From positions 1 to 12,522 of the forward strand of contig CAZAPD010000096.1 in the NCBI GenBank assembly GCA_964487115.1: 12,522 nt of DNA, given 5' to 3'. This DNA is from an uncultured Thermococci archaeon (GTDB lineage Archaea; Methanobacteriota_B; Thermococci; Thermococcales; Thermococcaceae). Both the position numbers and the translations under genes were made by a program. The notes under the pieces are model-generated. The model worked only from the letters and a program-made list of their open reading frames with translations, was not told the origin of the DNA and ran no database searches. This document shows positions 1 through 7,174 of this stretch, in pieces. Within the stretch, counting starts at the first letter, position 1. Every line of letters starts with the position of its first letter.

Positions 1-1
1 G

Positions 2-136
2 GAGTTGTTTAATGTTTCGAGACAGACAGCAACAGGGGGTCTGAGTGATTTGGTTAGATTGGGAATTTTCAAACGTGTCGAGAAAGGGAAGTATAAGCTA
101 AAGACTCACCGTGAGTCAAATATGAGTCAATCATGA
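2..136 (+). CDS. 3' end of a winged helix-turn-helix ORF (partial, possibly a degenerate remnant)
   Basis: Manual translation of frame +2 gives ELFNVSRQTATGGLSDLVRLGIFKRVEKGKYKLKTHRESNMSQS, ending at TGA 134-136. This matches the wHTH pattern 'LFxVSRxTAxRDLxxLVxxG...G.Y' (DeoR/Fic/RecG-C-like). The frame is open to the window edge. Confidence 0.65.
   Translation, partial: ELFNVSRQTATGGLSDLVRLGIFKRVEKGKYKLKTHRESNMSQS
81..98 (+). promoter_or_regulatory. Possible archaeal BRE/TATA promoter for the flippase
   Basis: Purine-rich AGAAAGGGAA is followed by GTATAAG (TATAAG 92-97), about 70 nt upstream of ATG 164. The match to the TTTAWA consensus is imperfect and the site lies inside the upstream ORF. 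Confidence 0.25.
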
Positions 137-150
137 GTCAAATGAGTCAA
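103..150. repeat. Palindrome GACTCAC-C-GTGAGTC (103-117) plus four direct copies of TGAGTCAA
   Basis: TGAGTCAA starts at 112, 123, 134 and 143 (spacing 11, 11, 9). GACTCAC 103-109 is the exact reverse complement of GTGAGTC 111-117. Confidence 0.9.
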
Positions 151-151
151 A

Positions 152-157
152 AGGTGA
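152..157 (+). promoter_or_regulatory. Shine-Dalgarno AGGTGA for the flippase
   Basis: AGGTGA lies 6 nt before ATG 164 and is the typical archaeal SD. Confidence 0.8.
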
Positions 158-163
158 AACTCT

Positions 164-1693
164 ATGAGCGAGACAAGTCAGGCACTGCAGAGGATTGCCA
201 GGGGCACGGGTATTGTCTTTGCCGGGACGATTATTTCAATGTTTTTTGGATTTTTAAGCAGGGCTATAATAGCGAGGTACTTTTCGACTGCGGAGTATGG
301 AGTGTTTAATTTAGCCATGACTGTTTTGAGTGTTGCTCTTATAATAGCTACGCTTGGTTTTCAAAATTCTCTTCCGAGAGAAGTTGCATTTTATAGGGAG
401 AAAGAGCCTTCGAGGGTTGGAGATTTGATTTCGACAGCTTTGATAATTGTGGCATTGAACAGCGTAATCTGGACAGCAATTTTATTCTTAGGAGCTGGGG
501 GTATTTCTCAAGTTTTCAAAGATGCGAGGCTGGTTTATGCCTTGAGGATAGTAGTTTTTGCACTGCCTTTTTGGGCCCTAACCTTTGTGATAATCTCGAT
601 TTCTCGTGGGTTTGGTAGGGTTAGGGAGCAGGTTTATTTTCAAAACATAGTTTATCCGACTGTGTTTTTGGTTCTTGTTGTAGTTGGGGCATTTTTGAAG
701 TTCTCGTTTACTTTTGTCTTTGCTGCATACGTCGCCGCATGGGGCTTGACATTTTTGGCACTGCTATTCAGCGCGTGGAAAATTGGACTTCTCAAGCTTG
801 AGCTACAGCCAGAATGTAATATTGGAAAAAAGCTGGTTCTATTCTCTATCCCGTTAATGTTTTCCGGCATTCTAAACTTCCTAATGACGTGGACGGATAC
901 ACTGATGTTAGGTTATTATAAGTCTTCTGAGGTCGTTGGGATTTATAATGCCGCCGCTCCGCTGGCTAGGCTCATTCCTGTCTTTTTAGCTTCGACTTCA
1001 GTACTTTATGTTCCCATAGCATCGAGACTCTACGCCCAGGAGAGGGTCAAGGAGCTGGGCAGGACTTACCAGATACTGACAAAATGGACGTTTTTACTCA
1101 CTCTTCCCCTGTTCAGCATGATGTTTCTGTTCCCTGAAACAGTTATACGCTTTTTCTTTGGGGCCAAGTACGTTTCAGCAGCTCCAGCACTTCAGATTTT
1201 GGCTTTGGGTTTTATGTTTCACACATTTCTGGGGCTCAACGGATTAACACTGGTGGTCATAGGGGAGCCAAAGCTCAACATGATCGGGAACACGTTTGCT
1301 GTGGTTTCCAATGTTGTCCTGAACGTTCTTTTGATCCAGGAGTATGGAATAATTGGGGCGGCTGTTGCTACGTCTGTCTCATATTTTGTTGCCAATGTGT
1401 TTAGGTCGTTCTGGCTCTATCAAAAGACCAAAATTCATCCATTCAGCTGGAATTATTCCAAGCCGGTGGTTATTAGCTTTGTTTTGGTGGGATTAATTCA
1501 GTATCTGCATTTGAAAGTGCCGAGTATATGGTATGCTATCCCCGTTTTGATTGTTTTTCTTGCAGTATATATGTTCCTAGTTCTTTTGAGCAGGAGCATT
1601 GACAAGGAAGATGTTGAGCTATTTTTAGCGATAGAGAAGAGGTTGGGAGTTGATTTGAAGGTGATAAAGAAAATTTTGAGTAAATTTGCTTAA
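164..1693 (+). CDS. Wzx/RfbX-type oligosaccharide flippase (MOP superfamily, polysaccharide biosynthesis protein)
   Basis: 509 aa and very hydrophobic, with roughly 14 TM segments. Family-typical segments include 'IARYFSTAEYGVFNLA', 'WTDTLMLGYY...VGIYNAA' and 'LNVLLIQEYGIIGAAVATSVSY'. It has a good SD and sits in a glycan locus. Confidence 0.92.
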   Translation: MSETSQALQRIARGTGIVFAGTIISMFFGFLSRAIIARYFSTAEYGVFNLAMTVLSVALIIATLGFQNSLPREVAFYREKEPSRVGDLISTALIIVALNSVIWTAILFLGAGGISQVFKDARLVYALRIVVFALPFWALTFVIISISRGFGRVREQVYFQNIVYPTVFLVLVVVGAFLKFSFTFVFAAYVAAWGLTFLALLFSAWKIGLLKLELQPECNIGKKLVLFSIPLMFSGILNFLMTWTDTLMLGYYKSSEVVGIYNAAAPLARLIPVFLASTSVLYVPIASRLYAQERVKELGRTYQILTKWTFLLTLPLFSMMFLFPETVIRFFFGAKYVSAAPALQILALGFMFHTFLGLNGLTLVVIGEPKLNMIGNTFAVVSNVVLNVLLIQEYGIIGAAVATSVSYFVANVFRSFWLYQKTKIHPFSWNYSKPVVISFVLVGLIQYLHLKVPSIWYAIPVLIVFLAVYMFLVLLSRSIDKEDVELFLAIEKRLGVDLKVIKKILSKFA

Positions 1694-2706
1694 AATGGTG
1701 GCCTCCAATTTTCTAAAGCATCGTAATCTGGCTCTGGATATTCTGTATAGAAATCCAGACCAAACCAGTGAACTACTTCTAATATATTCTTGATTTGTCG
1801 TTCAGATAACTTGTTCTTCCATTTTGAAAGTTGTTTGGGAGTTCCCAAATATGATTTATCGTGCGTGGTTTTACTTGGTCTCCTGAACTTTACATAGACT
1901 TTTTCTGGAACTTCCTCATTTATGTAACTAAAAATTCTCCTGATTTCATCTTCGAAGTCTGTAATCAGTTTCTCATACACAACGGTATACCAAGCATCAG
2001 GATGTTTGCTTATATATGAGAGAGGCACATAATTGTCCATACTCCAGATGGCCGCAAGGATTTCCTCTTGAGTGTCTATTGTTTCAAGTTTTTTCATTAG
2101 CCATGTATCCTCCCTTATCTGAGGGATTTGAGAAGCTTCTCTCAGGGCTATTTCTTTTGGGAGGGGGATGTCTTTGGGGATGAAGTAGCCTCTAATCCCT
2201 GTCTTGAGCTGGGAAGCTATCGTGGCACAGGGGTGGCGTATTATGAAGTATGTCCCCTTAACTTGGAAATTGCTTACAATCCATGGAAGCAGCCTATTGG
2301 CTCGTATGAATTTAACTAATATCTTAGTTGCTGATAAACGCTTATAGATATCCAGAGGTGTTAATGAATATGCTGGCTTTCTACTTATTATTTGAGCAGT
2401 AAATACGCGGGTCAAATATTCTTTAAGGGGCTTATTTTCAACTCTCGGGTCAAGATATGGCCTTGGAGGTAGATTAAGCTCTTTAACCTCGGGAAACCAC
2501 TCTCTGTGAAATGGCTCAAATATTGATTTATATTCTGGAAGAGTATCAATAAGTTCCATGAACCAAGTTGTCCCTCCTCGGGGAGTCCCGGAGATTACTA
2601 TGGTGTCACTCAACTTCCCTCCCTTATGGGCAATCATTCCAAATAGATCAATTTGCTGTTTGACTAAGGCCTCTGTTTTCAGCGTGTATCTAATTAACGA
2701 GTTCAA
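1690..2706 (-). CDS. PAPS-dependent sulfotransferase (P-loop sulfotransferase fold)
   Basis: 338 aa. It has the 5'-PSB motif 'ISGTPRGGTTW', 'FEPF', the 3'-PB motif 'IIRHPCATIAS', 'VVYEKL' and the C-terminal 'KWKNKLS'. The start is TTG 2706 (uncertain; the next in-frame ATG is at 2637). No signal peptide is evident. Confidence 0.88.
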   Translation of the reverse strand: MNSLIRYTLKTEALVKQQIDLFGMIAHKGGKLSDTIVISGTPRGGTTWFMELIDTLPEYKSIFEPFHREWFPEVKELNLPPRPYLDPRVENKPLKEYLTRVFTAQIISRKPAYSLTPLDIYKRLSATKILVKFIRANRLLPWIVSNFQVKGTYFIIRHPCATIASQLKTGIRGYFIPKDIPLPKEIALREASQIPQIREDTWLMKKLETIDTQEEILAAIWSMDNYVPLSYISKHPDAWYTVVYEKLITDFEDEIRRIFSYINEEVPEKVYVKFRRPSKTTHDKSYLGTPKQLSKWKNKLSERQIKNILEVVHWFGLDFYTEYPEPDYDALENWRPPF

Positions 2707-2735
2707 TATACCTCATCCCCCCAACCAATTGACCA

Positions 2736-4556
2736 TTATACCCTTTTAATCCTTAACGGAGTGATCCAATATATGCTAATGTCATTGGATGAATATACAA
2801 TTGCAACTGTTGGGTCTACTTTCATCCGAACGTACTCACTTGGAAGCCATCTCCAATACTGCATTCTGCCGGAGATAGTTGCATCATAAAAACTCCATAC
2901 TGCGCGTCCCATAATGAAATAACGTGGCTTTGAAAATATTTCTCCGACTAAATTATATCTATTGTATCCGAAGTGTTCCGGGATTAATGAGCGACCTTTT
3001 CCATAGAACAGAATGTTTTTGGCTTCCAAGGTTTTGTCCCTCCCAAACCATGCTTCGTAAAATCTGTATTGAGTTATTTGGCCATCGTCATATGCAATTA
3101 TATTGGGATTTCTGTTATAAAACAGCCATCCTGTTCCAAAATACTCCGACGGAGATACTTGTCTGTTCAAGTTTCCACTTAGTGGGCTCATATGAACAGT
3201 GAATATTGAGAAATATGCCAGGAGGAGTATTAATAATATAGATGTCTTTGCATGTTTGACTGGGATTTCTCGAAATAAAATTATAGAACCTAATGGTAAA
3301 GAGAACGCTAGAACATATCTAAGGGAACGCTCAAAGTTAACAAAGTGTAGAAAAAGATTAATAAAACTCCATGCCACAAATATAAAGAACAAAGGAATAA
3401 AAATCTGGTATAAGGGAGCATTTGGAATACCCTTAGAGTGAAAGTCTGGTTGCTGTTTTTTTCTGAGAGTTCTCCATATCAACACCAACGCGGTTAATGA
3501 GAATAGTCCAACTCCAAAATATCTGTATGTAGCAAATTTTATTAAAGTATATATTGAGAGATGATAATTGTTTATATTGGAAATGTACATACTTAGGAAT
3601 GGATTTTTTCCGGGATTTGCTAACGACATCCAGAACATCACAAAGCTAATTTGTATTGGGCGGAATGAAAGATACCATGTAAACCATATCGCCAGTATTA
3701 TAGTGGCCATATTTGGTACAAATTTTTGGCTATGCCTGAATGTTTCTTCTGGATTGTTGATTCTACTTATAATGTCCAAGAATATTAAGATTAAAAATAA
3801 GTACATAGATGTTAATGGATGAAAATATACCAAAGAGATGTATAATATTGAGACTAGAATGTATTTCTTGGTTTTCGATATCTTGGATAGCCATGTTCCT
3901 AGTATTAGGAACATAAATACGTATGAAAACATATTACCTACCATGCTTGTATGCCAATATCCTAGTGGAAAAAGCATCCATCCAATGATGAATATCTTTG
4001 CGATATCCTGGTTAATACTTGAGTTGATAAAAATATAATACCAAATTAGAAGCATTATGCAGAAAAACGCAGGTAGCAGAATTGTTAATCTGTTTAAAGA
4101 CGCACTTGGTATTAGAACCAAGCTGGATATCAGGATGTGCATTAGTGGGTAAAAATTATCACTACCAACGTGTCCGGTATTGAGTATGTCTTTCACGCGT
4201 CCCAGATGTTCAAGAACATCACATCTTCCGTAAATAAAATACCCCCTAAAAACCGGTAAAAGAAGTACTGTTAGCTGATTCATAAATAAAATTATCAACA
4301 TTAAGGTTCTATCTTTGTTGTAATCTTCCTTGTCTAGTAATATCCAAGATAGTGATATTACATCAACGAGGATAAAATTTACCCAAAGAATACGCGGATA
4401 AGCATTGTAAATTGAGACTTCATACGTTTTGGCGCTTGGAGTTGTTAGGAGAATGTAGTAGTTGATAATAAAGAGAAAGAAAATCCCTATTATGCTAATG
4501 ATTTTTAGAGTTTTGTAAAACCGTACAGGCCATCTAGCGTTAGTTAGCGGATACAT
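2736..4556 (-). CDS. Polytopic membrane protein, putative GT-C-fold glycosyltransferase / glycan polymerase or ligase
   Basis: About 606 aa, with roughly 12-13 hydrophobic segments followed by a soluble C-terminal domain of about 140 aa. Loop motif 'GRCDVLEH...ILNTG...FYPLMH'. Start moved from GTG 4565 to ATG 4556 because AGGTGA (4562-4567) lies 5 nt upstream. The CDS is secure but the function is inferred. Confidence 0.6.
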   Translation of the reverse strand: MYPLTNARWPVRFYKTLKIISIIGIFFLFIINYYILLTTPSAKTYEVSIYNAYPRILWVNFILVDVISLSWILLDKEDYNKDRTLMLIILFMNQLTVLLLPVFRGYFIYGRCDVLEHLGRVKDILNTGHVGSDNFYPLMHILISSLVLIPSASLNRLTILLPAFFCIMLLIWYYIFINSSINQDIAKIFIIGWMLFPLGYWHTSMVGNMFSYVFMFLILGTWLSKISKTKKYILVSILYISLVYFHPLTSMYLFLILIFLDIISRINNPEETFRHSQKFVPNMATIILAIWFTWYLSFRPIQISFVMFWMSLANPGKNPFLSMYISNINNYHLSIYTLIKFATYRYFGVGLFSLTALVLIWRTLRKKQQPDFHSKGIPNAPLYQIFIPLFFIFVAWSFINLFLHFVNFERSLRYVLAFSLPLGSIILFREIPVKHAKTSILLILLLAYFSIFTVHMSPLSGNLNRQVSPSEYFGTGWLFYNRNPNIIAYDDGQITQYRFYEAWFGRDKTLEAKNILFYGKGRSLIPEHFGYNRYNLVGEIFSKPRYFIMGRAVWSFYDATISGRMQYWRWLPSEYVRMKVDPTVAIVYSSNDISIYWITPLRIKRV

Positions 4557-5973
4557 TATTTTCACCTTTCAAAGAAAGTACAATTTTAGGTTCTATCGAC
4601 GTTTTGCGTTGGGATATTCCTCCGAGGGAACTGAATTTTACCTTTCTCTGAGCAAATTCTGAATCCTCAGCAAAAATCTCCATTAAAACTCTCCCATCAG
4701 TATCTTTTGGAATTGGTAGTCCAAATATATGAAGCGCTGTAGGAACTATATCGTAAACACGGGGACTCTTTTTGAACTCTATCTTTTCCTTTATGGCATC
4801 CCCATACGCGGAGAATATCCCGTGAATTTCGTGGTCTCCTTTGTAAGTTTTTTCTGTGATTTTTCCAGTAAATTCATGGGAGAATTCAACTCCTTTTTGC
4901 GGGATGACCACGAGATCTGGCATATTACGAAGATATGATCCCCGATGAATTTTGCTAAATTCAATGACATCAAAAACTTCGTCATATTCAACGAGGGCAT
5001 TCTTGATGTCTTCAATTCTGTTTTTGGTTTTAACATAGCTTCCCCAGGTTGCAGGTTCTACCATAAAAGCATCTGCATTTTGCGCTATGTAGCTTATGGA
5101 GCTTGCCGAGGTTTTGGTTTTTGTTATTAATGTGTCCAGTACTTTTCTCGGCACTATGTTTTTGGCAAGGCGAACAAATTTGGCTTTTAATCTGTTATAT
5201 TTTATAAATCCGCTCTCAGCTAAAGCCTCATTCACGTAGAATATCCTGTCTTTAACTTCAAATCCATGGTCGCTGACTATGAAGAGAGCATCGGCCATAG
5301 ATTTTGCGGTTTCTATGAATTCGTTTATCAATTTGAACGTCGGAGCTACAATGTGGGAGTCCTTACCTTCCAAGATCTGTGGAAATATGTGCGAAAACCA
5401 GTCAGGTTCACTAAAAACAATAAAATATAGGTTCCAGTCTTCTCTTTCAAGGAGGTCGTAGTATAGGTTCAGCCTAGTTTCTGTGTACTCCTTAACTTTC
5501 CTTGGATATTCATCTTTTCCATGTCTGGCCCAGTCGTGAGGAGGATCAATTAAGTATTCCTTGTACTCCTCCTCTAATCTCTGGGGAAACATGCTTTGTC
5601 GGGGGGAGGCCCAATCGGAAACGATGATAGTCCTCTTTTTTCTCTTGATGCCACTAAACGGATACGTCATGGGTAGATTTATTAAGATGCTTTTCAAGTT
5701 GGCTCCTTCAAGAACTTCTGAGAGACGCGGATATTTCACGTCCTTTGAAGTATATAAACCGACGTGATTTTTTTCCACGTCCACTTTTTGCCATCCGATT
5801 ATTCCATGCTTGGCTGGATTGACTCCGGTAAAGATGGATGTCCAAGAGGGTGGTGTGTAGGGAGGAATCGTTGAGATGAAATCATAAAGCTTGGTATTAT
5901 TTATTCCAACTAAACTTGCAGTTGTTTTATTTGCTCCATCAAGGCCAATAATAACGACTTTTCTATTTTTCAT
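4540..5973 (-). CDS. Alkaline phosphatase superfamily protein (type I phosphodiesterase / nucleotide pyrophosphatase family)
   Basis: 477 aa. Metal and nucleophile motifs are 'IIGLDG', 'STIPPYTPPSWTSIFTGVNPAKHG', 'PDWFSH', 'VSDHGF', 'GDH' and 'YDIVPT'. SD GGAGG is at 5981-5985. No signal peptide. Confidence 0.88.
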   Translation of the reverse strand: MKNRKVVIIGLDGANKTTASLVGINNTKLYDFISTIPPYTPPSWTSIFTGVNPAKHGIIGWQKVDVEKNHVGLYTSKDVKYPRLSEVLEGANLKSILINLPMTYPFSGIKRKKRTIIVSDWASPRQSMFPQRLEEEYKEYLIDPPHDWARHGKDEYPRKVKEYTETRLNLYYDLLEREDWNLYFIVFSEPDWFSHIFPQILEGKDSHIVAPTFKLINEFIETAKSMADALFIVSDHGFEVKDRIFYVNEALAESGFIKYNRLKAKFVRLAKNIVPRKVLDTLITKTKTSASSISYIAQNADAFMVEPATWGSYVKTKNRIEDIKNALVEYDEVFDVIEFSKIHRGSYLRNMPDLVVIPQKGVEFSHEFTGKITEKTYKGDHEIHGIFSAYGDAIKEKIEFKKSPRVYDIVPTALHIFGLPIPKDTDGRVLMEIFAEDSEFAQRKVKFSSLGGISQRKTSIEPKIVLSLKGENNVSAN

Positions 5974-7174
5974 TCTTCTGCCTCCATGTAGTACTGGATA
6001 TTTGTTTGTAAATTCTTACAATCTCTTTCGCAATGTTATTCCAAGTGAACCGCTCCGCGTACTTCCTTATCTTCTCCCTGTTCCACTCCTTCTCCAGGGC
6101 TATTAAAATTTTCTCTGCCAGACACTCTGGGTCTTTTGGTGGGCAGAGCAGACCATAGTCCTCAGAGGTTATTATCTCAGGAACGCCCCCAACCGCGGTT
6201 CCAACGAAGGGCAGGCCAACACCTAGGACCTCAAACATAACGGTGGGGTTGCCTTCGCTCAAGCTCGGAAGCACGAACAGATCGGCGGCGTTCATCCAGA
6301 GAGGGATTTCGGAATGAGGTTTAATACCTTCGAATCTAACATATTTCTCGAGGTTCCTCTTTTTGATGATATTTACGAGTTTTCTTTTGAGAGGACCATT
6401 TCCAATTATTGTTAATAATACATCTTCTCTAGTACGTACAACTCTCTTTATTGCAGTTATGAGAACATCATGTCCTTTGATAGGAACTAAACTAGCAACA
6501 TTAAGAATTATCTTCTTGTCCGGGGGGAGTCCTAGATAATCCCTTGCGACGTCTTTGTGTATAGGCTTAAACAGATTTGGATTAAACCCGTTGGGAATTA
6601 CAGAAATTTTGTTCCCTGAAACACCGAGATCTTTGGACAATATTGTTGAGTTACGATAACTTACAGTGATAATGTGATCAGCAAATTTTAATGTCTCTAA
6701 AATAATATTTCTCCATCTATCGTTCCTAAATGGAAAGTCGTAGATGTCATCTCCATGAGCCGTAATTACGAATGGAATTCCTGTTTTTCTTTTTATTAAA
6801 CTGCCTGCTTGCCCATAATGATACACAAAGTGAGAATGAATAATGTCGAAATCAATTTTTTTGTCGGTTATTACACGCTGAATTTTCTTGTAAATGGCCA
6901 AACCTAACGTGTAGTTTTTACCATCAGGCACTATATACGGGAAGGAGAGAACATGGACATATACATTTGGTGGCTTTTTGTTGAGGTTTATGAGTGATTT
7001 ATACGTGTAATTCTTAGCATGGTCTGATAATCTGGGTATGCGAACCTTGCTAATAAGGTCAGCAAGGGAATTATGCTTGACAAATACATGGATCTCCTCA
7101 ACAAGTTCAGACATGGCTTCCACTTGATCTTTAACAAAGTAATTGTAATGGGGGGCTATTATTAGTATTCTCAT
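5963..7174 (-). CDS. Glycosyltransferase family 4 (GT-B, TuaC/WlbH-like)
   Basis: Motifs 'DIIHSHF', 'VITAHGDD', 'VIPNG', 'KGHDVLI', 'ADLFVLPS' and the EX7E motif 'EGNPTVMFE'. Start moved to ATG 7174 (MRILIIAP), which overlaps the upstream TGA as ATGA. This gives 403 aa. Confidence 0.93.
   Translation of the reverse strand: MRILIIAPHYNYFVKDQVEAMSELVEEIHVFVKHNSLADLISKVRIPRLSDHAKNYTYKSLINLNKKPPNVYVHVLSFPYIVPDGKNYTLGLAIYKKIQRVITDKKIDFDIIHSHFVYHYGQAGSLIKRKTGIPFVITAHGDDIYDFPFRNDRWRNIILETLKFADHIITVSYRNSTILSKDLGVSGNKISVIPNGFNPNLFKPIHKDVARDYLGLPPDKKIILNVASLVPIKGHDVLITAIKRVVRTREDVLLTIIGNGPLKRKLVNIIKKRNLEKYVRFEGIKPHSEIPLWMNAADLFVLPSLSEGNPTVMFEVLGVGLPFVGTAVGGVPEIITSEDYGLLCPPKDPECLAEKILIALEKEWNREKIRKYAERFTWNNIAKEIVRIYKQISSTTWRQKNEK

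Noticed and set aside
103..150. Repeat array as a CRISPR or an IS end
   Set aside because: The units are 8 nt with 1-3 nt gaps, there are no spacers or cas genes, and no transposase or partner inverted repeat was found in the window.
2736..4556. Calling the membrane protein aglB or wzy
   Set aside because: It has no WWDYG motif, and Wzy cannot be recognised from sequence by eye. It is left as GT-C-like with no gene symbol.
4540..5973. Formylglycine-dependent sulfatase
   Set aside because: There is no C/S-x-P-x-R signature. The motifs fit the Thr-nucleophile phosphodiesterase branch.
6522..7155. G6 runs in GT4 (6522-6527, 7150-7155) as phase-variation tracts
   Set aside because: The runs are too short to be convincing and the reading frame is intact.
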